A model generated the notes under the pieces. It had not been told where the DNA came from, searched no databases, and saw nothing but the letters and a program-made list of their open reading frames with translations. A DNA stretch of 64,000 bases, taken from Camelus ferus. Lineage: Eukaryota. Each line of letters starts with the position of its first letter. Position 1 is the first letter of the stretch. Made by a program: the position numbers and the translations under genes. The stretch is from the NCBI RefSeq assembly GCF_009834535.1, contig NC_045696.1, positions 87,174,001-87,238,000 of the forward strand, in the 5' to 3' direction. Of this stretch, positions 40,693-52,900 are shown piece by piece.

Positions 40693-41170
40693 TGTCTTAG
40701 TTAGCTTGGGCTGCCATAAAGTACTGTAGACTTAAGGCGACTTAAGCTGCAAATGAAGTTCACACAGTTCTGGAGGCTGGAAAGTCTAAGATCAAGGTGC
40801 TGGCCCATATGGAGTTGGTGAGGGCTCTCTTTCTGGCTTGCAGGTGGCTTCTTTCTGGCTGTGTCCTCCCATGACCCTTCCTCGGTGTGTGCATGTGAAG
40901 GGAGAGAGAGAGAAAAAGATATCTCCACAACATTGTAAAATGATTATAAATCAATAAAAAATGTAAAAAAAAAAAAAAAAAAGAAAGAAAAAGAGACATC
41001 TCTCTTTCTATTCTTATGAGGGCACTAATGCCATCATGAGGACCCCACCCTACCTAATCTAACCCAAATTAACTCCCAAAGTCCCCCCTTCCTAATACTG
41101 TCACCTTGTGGTTTGGGGCTTCAGCATATAAATTTGGTGGAGATTGAGGCAAAAACATTCAGTCTGTAAC
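40693..41170 (-). mobile_element. MaLR solo LTR, MLT1A/B-like, carrying a short L1-tail insertion
   Basis: 'tgtcttagttagcttgggctgccataa...cacagttctggaggctggaaagtctaagatcaaggtgctggc...ttcttatgagggcactaat...aacattcagtctgtaaca'. Confidence 0.85.
40926..40985 (+). mobile_element. Ultra-short L1 3' tail plus poly(A) insertion
   Basis: 'cacaacattgtaaaatgattataaatcAATAAAaaatgt' then A-run; imperfect TSD agaaaaagatatctc (40911-40925) / agaaaaagagacatctc (40986-41002). Confidence 0.7.
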
Positions 41171-41259
41171 AGTATCCTCTTCTGAAAATGGCATAAAACA
41201 GACCTTGCTTGGATTTGTGATGATCGGAACACAGTAAACTTGGTGGTGCTGTACTGGTA

Positions 41260-41825
41260 CTGCTGCTGCAGTTTGCGACCATCCAATGAGGGAGTCAACA
41301 ACTGATCAAAACAAAATGGCCCCATTTAGCTGAGGTTTATGGCCAAGAACATTATTTGCTTGAAGTTGCAGAACAGAGAGCAGGACAAAGGTACACATTT
41401 CCCTTGGGTCAGAATTTGTCAGGTGCTGAAAGAACCTTGCCCAACTGGGCTAGGATTGAGATGACTACATGAGTGTCTTGTTAGATCCAAAGCTGAGTAA
41501 GGATGAGGGCTGGCATAAAAGGTCAGCTGGAGAAGACATCAGTAACAAGAAAGCTGGAGTTGGAATTCACCAGGGTATCAGAGGGGATTATCTGAAAACA
41601 CAGAGAAAATAAAGTTAGCATGGAATATACAGCCAGGTTCAAAGGGGACCAATAGAAAATCAAAATAGAATTTGGCTACACTCCTCACCCTTGAATCATC
41701 TCTCATCTGACTTAACTCTTGAAAGGGGACTGTGGGACCAGAAGATGAGTGAGAGAAGACTTGGAAAAGGAGGAAATAAGTTGACATTTTCTTTTCACTA
41801 AGTGAAGATTTGCAGACCTGTAACA
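41260..41825 (-). mobile_element. Possible ancient LTR (Gypsy/ERVL-like)
   Basis: GC-richer ~550-bp block ending 'gcagacctgtaaca' (TG start on minus strand); family not recognised. Confidence 0.25.
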
Positions 41826-42794
41826 GCATTCAGTAGGAGAAGGAGAGAAGCTTTAATGTAATTGAGGTTCAGAGTTCTGATTATTATACTAACTCATCAT
41901 TTTACCTCATGAAATGGAACTATTTTGAGGCTTAGAAATACCTTGGGACCTACTCATGAATTTATCCCAGAAGCACACAGAAGCAAGTTAATGAGTAAAT
42001 TTGAAGAGACTGGGAAGAGAAATAAAGTTGGTTTATGACTTGCATATGAAGAACAGTATGTTTAATAAACTGGTTACATTACTACATAGTGATTAATATT
42101 AATACTTCTATATTAAACAGTTTATGCCAGTGTTCTTTTTATAATTTCAGGAAGTGGTATATACTTAACACAGATTCTTCCATCTCGTAAAATTAAAGTG
42201 AACTCTTTTAAGATTTTGGCATATAAGCATATTGTGAGAATTCTATATGTGTAGTAATTTGAGCCTGTTGCCTTCATTCCCAAAAGTTAGGAATTACTGT
42301 CCCTGGGCATGTATTCACAAAACTTAAGGACAATACTACTCACGGATCCAAAAAATACAGATTTCATTAACTGTCTAATATTCTTTTGGGCTTAAAGATT
42401 CACATAAGTTGATATTCAAGTCTTTGAGTTTCAGTTCTATTTGCATTTATGATGCTATTCAGAGGCAACCCCCCACCCCAGGAATATCAATTATTAAAGA
42501 AATGTCTTTGGGAGAGCAGATAATCAGTAAGGGAACCAACAAATAAAGCAACCTAAGGGATATGTTATTCCAGCTTCCTGTCTGAAATCCAAGGAATTTA
42601 TTTGATTTACATAGTAATTGTTGACAGTGTCACTAAGAACAAAGCAGTAAAGATACCAGGATTCTTTGAAGTGCATTTGATTGTCCTTTTTGATATATAG
42701 AAATAATATTTGTCTCTAGTGATAAAAATATGAAGAGAAAAATGAACATCAATCTAGGTTTCTAATTTTTTGAGAAGTAGGAAAAGCAAAAATC

Positions 42795-45700
42795 TTGAGC
42801 TTTATAATGGTGTCAAATTTAAGCTGTTATCAATTTAAAATAGACTGCTACAGCTACAGATTGTTATATATCAGCCTCGTGGTAAACACAAAGCAAACAC
42901 CTATAGAAAATATAGAAGAGGTAAAAAGAAAGGAATATAAGCATACCACTAAAGAAAGTCATCAAACCACAAAGGAGGAGAGCAAGAGAGCAAGAAAGGA
43001 ACAGAGAGGAACTACAAAAATAGCTAGAAAACAATTAACAAAATGCTAATAAGCACATGACTATCAATAATTACTTTAAATGTAAACTGACTAAATTCTC
43101 CAATCAAAAGATCTAGAATGGCTGAATGGATTAAAAAACAGACCCAATACTGCCAATGATACACTACTTTAGATGTAAGAACACATAGACTGAAATGAAG
43201 AGATAGAAAAAGATATTCCATGCAAATGGAAACCAAAAAAAGCTGGAGTTCTATATTTATGTCAGACAAAATAAACTTTAAAACAAAGACTGCAATAAGA
43301 CAAAAAGGGGATGTTACATAATGATAAAGGAATAAATCCAACAGGAGTATGTAACAGTTGTAAATATTTATGTATCCAACATGGAAGCACCTAAATATAC
43401 AAAGCAAATATTAACAGACCTAAAGGGAGAAATAGAAAGCAATACAATTAATAGTAGCAGATTTTAATAGCCCACATACATCAATGGATAGATCACTCAG
43501 ACAGAAAATCAAAGGAAACATCAGCCTTAAACAACATGTTAGGCCAGGTGGACTTAACAGATATTTAAAGAACATTCCCTCCAAAAGCAACAGAATACAC
43601 ATTCTTCTCAAGAGAACATAAAACGTTTTCCAATATAGATCATATGTTAGGTCACGAAATAAGTCCTAATAAATTTGAGTATTGAAATCATATTAAGCTT
43701 CTTTTCCATCTAGGATGGTTTGACTAGAAATTAATTACATGAGACAAACCTGGAAATTTACAAATTGGTGATTAAATAACATGCTATTAAATAGCAAATG
43801 GATCAAAGAAGAAATTAAAAGAGAAATCAAAAATACCTTAAAACAAATAAAAATGGAAATGTAATATACCAAAATTTGGGATGCAGCAAAAGAAGTTCTA
43901 AGATTTTAATAGTGATAAATGCCTATCTCCAGAAAGAAGAAAAGTCTCAAATAAACAACCCATTTTTACACTTCAAGGATCTAGAAGAGAACAAATTTAT
44001 CCTAAAGTTAGTAGAAAGAAGGAAATAATGTTTTAGAGCAGAAATAAAATATAGACTAAAAAGGCAACAGAAAAGATCAGTGAAACTAAGAGCTAGTTCT
44101 TTGAAAAAATAAACAAAATTGACAAACCTTTGGCTAGACTCACCAAGATAAAAGAGAAGTCAAATAAAATCAGAAATGAAAAAAGAGACTTTATAATTGA
44201 TACTATAGAAAAAGGATAATAAGAGACTACTACAAACAATCATATGCCCACAAACTTGACAACCTGAAAGAAAGGATAAATTCCTAGAGACAAACAACCT
44301 CCAAGACTGAATCATGATGAAATGGAAAATGTGAACAAACCACTACTAGGGAGGAGATTGAGTCAGTAATCTAAAACCTCCCAAGTAACAAAAGTCCTTG
44401 ACCAGACATCTTCACTGGTTTATTCTACCAAACATTCAAAGAATCAACACCAATTCTTCTCAGACCCTTCCAAAAAATAGAAGGGGAAGAGATGCTCCAA
44501 ACTCATTCTACAAGACCATCATTATCCTAATACCAAAACCAAATAAAGACACTACAAAAAAAGAACATTACAAGCCAGTATCTCTGGTGAACATATATCC
44601 AAAAATTCTCAACAAATATTAGCAAGCCAAATTAAAAAACAAAAGAATCATACAGCATGATCATGTGGGATCAATTCCAGGGATGAAGAGATGGTTCAAT
44701 ATCCGCAAATGAGTGTGATACATCACATTATCAAAATGAAGAATAAAAGACAAAATAAAAAAGACCTTTTCATGTACCTGTTGGCCATCTGTATGTCTTC
44801 TTTGGAAAAAATGTCTATTCAGATCCTCTGCCCATTTTTTAATATGACTATTTTGTTATTGAGTTGTATGATAATATTTTGGATATTAGTCCATTATTAG
44901 ATATATGATTTGCAAATTATTTTTTTTTTCCTATTTAGTAGGTTGTCTTTTTTTGTTTTTGTTTTTGGTTACCTTTGCTTTTTAGTTTGATGTAGTCCCA
45001 CTTGTTTATTTTTGGTTTTCTTACTTTTGCAAGATTTTCTTGATTTTGGCATCAAATTAAAAAAATATCACCAAGACATATGTCAGAGAGCTTACTGCCC
45101 ATGTTCTCTTCTAAGAATTTCATGATTTCAGTCTTAAGTTCAGGTCTTTAAAACATCTGGAGTTAATTTTTGTGTATAAGATGTAAGTGGTCTAGTTTTA
45201 TTTTTTTATGTGGCTGCCAATTTTCCCAACACTATTAAAGAAACTGTTTTCCCAACATATATTCTTAGCACCTTGGTCATAAATTAATTGACTACATATA
45301 CATGGGTTTATTTCTGGGTTCTCAATTCTGTTCCACTGATATATGTGTCTGTTTTTATGCCAATACCAAACTGCTTTTGATAACTATAGATTTGTTTTGT
45401 AGTTTCAAGTGAGAAAGCATGATGCCTTTGGCTTTTTCCTTCTTTCTCAAGATATCTTTGCCTATTTGTGGTCTTTTGTGGTTCTATACAAATTTTAGGA
45501 TTGTGTGTTCTATGTCTGTAAAAAATGCCATTGGAGTTTTGATAGAGATTGCTTTGAATCTATAGACTGCTTTGGGCAATGAGGACAGTTTAACAACATT
45601 AGTTCTTCCAGTCTGTGAGCATAGGATACCTTTTCATTTATTTGTGTCTTCTCCAAATTCTTTAATAAATGTCTTGTAGTTTTTAATATAGAAGTCTGGT

Positions 45701-46350
45701 GCTCAATATTATTAATCATCAGCGAAATGCAAATCAGAACTACAATGAGATATTACCTCACACCTGTAAGAATGAATATTATCAAAAAGACAAGAAATAA
45801 CATTTGTTGGTAAGGATGTGGAGAACTGTTGGTTGGGTTGTAAATTGGTATATTCACATACTCTAAAAAACAGTATTGGGGGTTCTTGAAAAAATTAAAA
45901 TACTAAAATTAAAAACTATCATATCCATCAGTTCCACTTCTGAGTATTTATCCAAAGGAAACAAAAACACTATTTCAAAAAGATATATGCACCCATATGT
46001 TCATTGCATCATTATTTACAATAGCCAAATTATGGAAACAACATAAGTGTCCATTAATGGATGAATGGATAAAAAATTGTGGTATGTACACAATGGAATA
46101 ATATTCAGCCATAAAAAGATGAGATCTTGCCATTAGTGACACCAGGGATAGACCTCGAGAACATTATGCTAATTAGAATAAATCAAACACTGAAAGACAA
46201 ATACAAAATGATCTGTTATATTTGGAATCTGAAGGGAAAAACAAACCATGTCCATAGAGAAAACAAATGAGTTATTGCAAGAGGTGGTGGTGAATGGGAG
46301 AAATGAGTGAACTGTTTTGTTGTTTTTTTAAATAAACTGAATAAAAATTT
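42795..46350 (+). mobile_element. L1 with internal inversion: sense 42795-44760, antisense 44761-45697, sense 45698-46350
   Basis: Inter-ORF and endonuclease start 'tcaataattactttaaatgtaaac'; frame [40 protein letters not shown]; antisense ORF2 block; sense ORF2 C-terminus/3'UTR ending 'aataaactgaataaaaa'; ~53-bp flanking direct repeat. Confidence 0.9.
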
Positions 46351-47039
46351 TAAATGTAAAGAGAACAGTGGACATCAATCTAGGTTCCTACTTCTTTGAA
46401 AGTGCTGTTTTAATAATATTAATGTTTTTATTTTTTAAAATGCAGTGTCTCTACAAATATTGAATAAATTTTTTCTTTTATTATGAGTAGGGTATCACTT
46501 TGACTCTATAGTTTATCTGTAAAACTATGTAAAGACATTAGTAAACTTCAAGGTTGCTAAGTATAAATAGGTGATATTGTGCATAAAATATTTTCATACT
46601 AAAAATCTTTACTATATTGATTTGGATTTGCAGTTATTACCAATTATCACAAATATACACATACAATTTTTTTCACTATTGTCTCTATACTATGTGTTAA
46701 AATGTATAATTTTAAAGCTAAATTTTGGAAATAACTGAAAAATTGAATTTTAAATGTAATAATATTGACTCTGCTCTAGTTATAGAGATTTATGCATGGA
46801 TTTATGTAACCTATAGCTTGGGAAGTTAAAATATGTAGCTCCAGTATATTATTTAATCTTTAAGAATAATATAGGATCATAATGTTATAACTCAGAATAA
46901 TTTAGATTATCAATCTTAAGAGGGTAGAGGTTTCTGTTTTTTCATTAATGTGTTCTATTTCTTAGAACAGTGGTTCTAAGCAGTTCTGTACATGTTTATT
47001 GAATGAATGTAAAAGGACAGTCATAACTAATAATACAGT

Positions 47040-47250
47040 ATTGGTATCAAGTACCAGTAAATAGCACTTTTTTGGAGTCAGACAGAAAACAGCTTAAATC
47101 CCAGCTCAGCCACTATCTACTTTTGTTTCTTAAAGAAAGATAATTAATTAATCTGGAACTTAATTTCTGTTAACTCTAGAATGGTAAATACCACCTAATT
47201 TATGACATCATTTGATTGGAGTGTCCAGCCTGTAAATCAGCATTGAAAGG
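47040..47250 (+). mobile_element. MIR SINE fragment
   Basis: 'ttttggagtcagacagaaaacagcttaaatcccagctcagccacta'. Confidence 0.6.
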
Positions 47251-47289
47251 TACATATGGAATCTGCTCAAGTGCACACCTCAGTGGAGA

Positions 47290-48720
47290 GGTTCCTCAGC
47301 TGTACAGCCTTCTGCTGCTGTCCCAGGTCTGTACCACTCGAGCCAGGACATGCCTCTGTCCTTGCCACCTACATGGCCTCCACTCCCCTCACCATAGGCA
47401 CACACACCATGACAAAGAAAAGTCATTCAGTCAGAGCCTGGAAGAGTGTAAATTCTTCATCTATCACCAAACCACTTTAGAGTTCCTGGGGCACTCTGCA
47501 AAGAGCTGGGACTTGATCTTGCTCATCTGCCTAGTCTTTCATATATTTCTGCCTGTGCTCTTTTCAGGCATGCTTTGGACTCTGAATAATGGGGTTCCAA
47601 AATATCATGACCAGATTCCTGGTCCAGGGCTTAAGGGTTTTTCCAAAACCAGTGACTGAGTTGGAATGTACCACCAATATGTCTGATCCAAATTCCTGTA
47701 AGGAGGACACTATAGACCTTAAGATGTTTCTAAAGGTATATGATTTAGAAGAAAAGAAGAATTACACAGTTTGCCCTGATGGAGCACTTTTGAACAGAAA
47801 GATCCATTTTATGTAGCATGTCACTTTCCTGTTTTTACTACGATCATGCAGTTATATGGATGATCTTAATTATGGGTATTCCAATGGCAACCCTTCTATT
47901 TTTGTGACAATGAATAAAATAATTAGATTAAAGCCTCTAGGATAAACAAAGATAACATGTATTTCAAAGGATGAAAACACAATAGTTTTATCAACTATCT
48001 TTCCAATGGAATTTTAGACTTAAAGTATTTCCCATATTATGGGAGAAACTGTATGTGAGATGTCTATGGCCATTGATTGTTGTCCTGGTCATCTTTGGTT
48101 TTAACAGTACTAGGAGAGAAATAACAGTCAAGTGCAGGACTGATAGATCACCTAAACTGAAAAACCAGGATGATGATGTCAAGTTTTTATGATATGTTTA
48201 AATATCATAATGTGTACATAGTATGAGTAGGATGTTTGCACAGATTAATTGTCTTGTCTTCATTTTGTATTAACTGTACCTGCCACTGTACAATTATAAG
48301 ACCACCTTGGAGAAAGGTGGGAAGTTTTGGGACTGGGTAACATAATAATATGCTTCCAGATCATTGTGTTCAGTGTCTTCCAAAGTAAATGCCTGTTGCC
48401 CCTACTGCCTTTTGAACAACTGTATGGTGGCCAGATAGGGATGGTGAACACCTGATTCTGACTATGTAGAATGGGAGTCTTACCTTCTTTTACGTGGTTT
48501 AATTGCCATATTTAAAGCTTAATGTGCTGTGCTATGTAAGAATTTTATGGCTTTAATACTAGTTAACTATCATATTTTGACGTCAACAAAAGTTGGGAGA
48601 TGAAAAGCGTACCTGACCAATATCAACTGACTTTTTGAGCTATAAGAAATGTGATGTGTGGAGAAGTTCTGTATGTGAGGAGGAAAAGGTGGATTTGAAA
48701 GTGTTGTCTTGGATTTTTGA
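47290..48720 (+). pseudogene. ATP1B3: Processed pseudogene of Na+/K+-ATPase beta-3 subunit
   Basis: Ancestral ATG 47409, stop TAG 48219-48221. Frames give [84 protein letters not shown] and DLKYFPYYG, collinear with ATP1B3 ([52 protein letters not shown]). Intronless, with frameshifts and stops; GC-rich 5'UTR and 3'UTR remnant ('gaccaccttggagaaaggtg', 'gccagataggg..ggtgaacacctgattc'). Confidence 0.93.
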
Positions 48721-49079
48721 TAAACTATTATAAAGACTGATATTTTATAATAAATGACTTAAGGTAATCAAAATGTAACAAATTTTGCTAAATAGGCCAT
48801 TTATTGGTAATATTCAAATGAAAGAAGTTATTATGTAATAGAACTTTGGACAGCTTTTAAAAGATTATTATAATTAGTTCAACTAGCATTAGCCTGCAAC
48901 TCAGGAAGTTTTCCTGAGGCTTTGACATCATTTTTTGTCTTAATGATATTATTGCCTAGATTCCAAACTTTTAGATGTAGAAACTTAATTTCTTTTAATT
49001 AGAGATTAAAGATTTATACCTGAGGGGGTTAAAACTTAAAATCACATTTTTCATAATGCTTCTGAAAGTCTTACTCTCT

Positions 49080-49285
49080 GATGAATATTTAATGTAAAGT
49101 GGCAAACTTGTATTTAAATTCTGATAGCACCTTCCCCTGAATTTGGATGATTTACATAAACTCTACCAACCTTAGATGATTATCTTTAAAATAGAAACAC
49201 CTCACAATATCTCAGGGAAATAGAGACAATGTTCATCTACTAGGATTCCTGCCACAGAATAGGTAATCAATAATTTTAGTGTTTT
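49080..49285 (+). mobile_element. MIR SINE fragment
   Basis: 'tttaaattctgatagcacc...tttggatgatttacataaactct...tatctttaaaatag...acagaataggtaatcaataat'. Confidence 0.5.
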
Positions 49286-49941
49286 TTTTTCCTTGATAAT
49301 GCTCATTTTGCAAATACAGATGATCCTTAGTAACTAAGTCTACAGTTTTCTTTGTGGAAGAGCTTTTGAAAAATAATTAGATTTGTAAAGCTGTAAATAC
49401 TTTCAATACACTTTTCTGTCTCACTGTGCATCTCCCTTTGATCTTCTATTTCTTGCTAAATTGTCTCTTCTGCGAGAAAACTGAGATAGATTTTTCGGTG
49501 CTTGTGTTCTCAAAGTATTGTTTAGTATGTTAACATATGTAAAGGCATAATAACATTAAAATTCAGAAAGTAAACAGAATCAAGATCTTTTGAGGGTAGA
49601 GCTGGATCATTCAGCATAAAGACTCCGTCCACACACAGGTTCTCAAACTTTTAGGGAAGAAACGTGGGAAAAAGGTGAGCGAGTTTAGTAATCTGTAATA
49701 TATTATTCATGATGCCTTGCAATATGCCATCAGCACCATACTTCTGGGTCTTATTTAATTTCATCCTCTCCCAAATCCAATTATTGCCAAGAATTGTCGA
49801 TTCTACATCCTACACTTGCTGACTATATCCATTTATGTTCATCCTCATTATCACCACCCTAGGCAGATACTTTATTTCAGGTTGTTCTGCTCAAATACGC
49901 AGCACAAATGAACTTCCCAGCAGGTCCATCGAAGGATGTTT

Positions 49942-52900
49942 GCTGTTGACTGAGTGTGTTCCCCACCCCGACCCCAGTCAGGTTGAAGACCTAATCCCCA
50001 GTGTGGTGGTATTTGGAGGTTGGGCCTTTGGCATGTAATTGGGTTTGGAGGAGTTTGTGGGTGTGGTGCACCCATAATGGGATTGGTGCCTATGGTAGTT
50101 AATTTTATGTGTCAACTTGAATGGATCTTAGGTGACCAGACATTTGACTAAACATTATTTCTGGGTGTGTCTGGGAGGGTGTTTCTGAATGAAATTGCAT
50201 TTGAATTGGTGGACTCAGTAAAGCAGTTTCCCCTCCCCAGTGTGAGTGAGCATCCCCACTCTTTGAGGGCCTAAATACAATAAAAAGGCAGAGGAAGCAA
50301 GAATTCAGCCTTTCTTTTCTGACCTATTGAAAGGAATATCATTATTCTGCTTCCCTTAGTACTTGTGGTTCTAAGATCTTCACACTCGAATTGGAATCTA
50401 CATCATTGGGTCTGCTGGTTCTCATGCCTTTGTATTTGTACTGACACCATGGCTTTCCTGAGTCTCCAGTTTGTAGATGGCAGATCTTGGGACTTCTCAG
50501 CCTCTGTAATTATGCAATTATCTTTATAATAAATCTGATATATTACTGGCTCTTTTTTTCTGACTAATCCAAACTGTGGTACTGAGAGCAGTTTTAGAGA
50601 AACAGAATTTTAGAGTAATTTTTCTGAATTGAGGTTTCTGGAATTGGCTGTCTAACATGATAAGATTTAAAGACCCTAAAGACTGTCTGGAAGTAAGCAG
50701 CTCTAACAGCCCATGGTGTGAACTATTACAGAGATACACAAATGATCTGCATTAGATACTCCTAATCAACCACTTAAAAGAAACAAAGCAAAGAGCCAGG
50801 TGATTCTGTATTTGTTACTTTTGAACATTTTTTTGAAAATGCATGAAACTAAGGACTTTGATGCTCCTCATGTCCCTGAGCAAAGTGATGAAAGAAAAGG
50901 TGAGTTCAGGGATTCAGATTCTCAGCTCAAGCTTAATATAAATGGAACCAGAGCTTCAATGTGTGCCTGAAGGAGAGTCTTATCTCCTGTAGCAACAGGA
51001 TTAGACGTTGCTGACAATTAAATGTAGAGCCTCATCCTGTGACTGGCTAAATTATAACCCCAGTTGAACTCTTAGCCTTGCAGGGTGTCTACTGTTAAAG
51101 TGGGCATTGATTAGGAAAGAATGGGATCCTGCCAGTTAGAATAGGTATGGAGCCCTTAAATTCTCTTGAGTTGTCTTTGCCTGTGGAAGAGTTATCTCCA
51201 ATTAGCCATCCCACCTCCAGCAGAAGTGGTCTTCCCAGCTCAAACAGAAGTGACCCCCAACCCCTAGTGGCAGCAGCATCGCACTCCCAGTGATACTGAC
51301 CTCTCCACTCACAGTGGTATTAGACTTTCCACCTCTGTCTGAGATGATTAACACTGCACTGCCTGAGAGAACTGTAATGACCTCCCCTGAGGCAACTGCC
51401 ATGCGAAACAGTGCTGATTTTCCTTAGGACCCACCCCACCACTCCCCTTTGTTTTTAAACAGATAATTAGACTCAAATACCAGCAGGACCCTTAAAGTGA
51501 GTTGTACTGCACTCTAAAAGAGCTAGAGTTTTCTAATTTATACAGATAGTGTCTGGGGACATGTGTAGGAACAAATGCAAAGGATGTGGGGATAAACATA
51601 AGTTAGAATCATGCCTAATTTATGGATTTGGAATCACAAAGTGGAAATTCTGAATTTAACTTTGCAAATCAAAAATTAGAAAGAGCTCTAACAGTTTGCC
51701 TCATTGAATGGCTAGAACATGGACCAAAAGATGACCCACCATGAGCAAACTGGAAATGCCCAACAAGCCTTGGTTTAATGTAGAGGAAGAGATTCAAAGG
51801 CTTAGGGCTTGTTAAAGTGGCTTTATCATTTAAGACCTGCTCACCCATGTTGGGAGAGCCCAGAAGACTGAGAAATAAATTTGGGAGGGGAGCTCCAGCA
51901 TCGTTGAAGTGCTCTTTGATTATTCTCTATAGGCCAAACCTTAAAAGGAGAATTAAAGCCTAAAAGCTGGGAAACCTAAATGCAATGGGAGTAAGTTAGA
52001 TCTGGTGGTAGCAGGGGCCAGGTGGCAGCACTCAACCACCAAAGGCAAGGTGGGTATGGTTACTGTAACGGACGACATAGTGAAGGCAGTTATCAGCATA
52101 GTATGACTTGTGTAGACCTACTGTGTTAGCTAATTAATTGTGGTGCTCTTAAAATAGATAAGGGAGCATACTAGATTCTTACTTTATTTGTAAAAGCATA
52201 AAAGTTCTGGGTCATATGAACGAAATCTAACCTGAATCATAAATACAGGGAGTCACAGCTCCTCAGTCAGTTCCCAGACTTGAACCAGTTTAAAGATCCA
52301 GAACTCCTTTAATGAAGGGGAGGCCAGGTGCCCTGAGAAAGGACCCAGTTATGCTACTCATTCTCCACAGATTACAACTTTCCTTTTAAGAAACAGCTCT
52401 TGACTTCCTACTTGGCCTTACTAGAGACTGAATGCTTAGCCACGGGCCATGAAGTAACCACGATACCTGGGCTGTCCATTATGAGCTGGGTGTTAGCTAA
52501 CCCACCAAGCCATAAAGTTGGGCATATGCAGTAACATCTAATCATCAAATGGAAGTGGTATATACTTGATCAGACCTTGAAGACACAAGTTACGTGAAGA
52601 AATGGCCCAAACGCCTATGGTCCCCACTTCTGCTATATTGCCTTCTTTCTCCCAGACTATACCTACGGCCTCATGGGAAGTTCCCTATGATCAGTTGACA
52701 AAGGAAGAGAAAATTTAGGCCTGATTTACAAATGTTTATGCACAATATGCAAGCACCACCACCCAAGAGTGGACAGCTGTAGTACCATTGCCACTTTCTG
52801 GAACATCCCTGAAGGATAATGGTGAAAGGAAATCCTCTGAGTGAGCAGAACTTTCACATGTACCTGACTGTTCACTTTTCTTGGAAAGAGAAATGGCAGG

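Noticed and set aside
47216..47659. 147-aa ORF as a functional gene
   Set aside because: Non-ATG start; a partial, frameshifted ATP1B3 retrocopy
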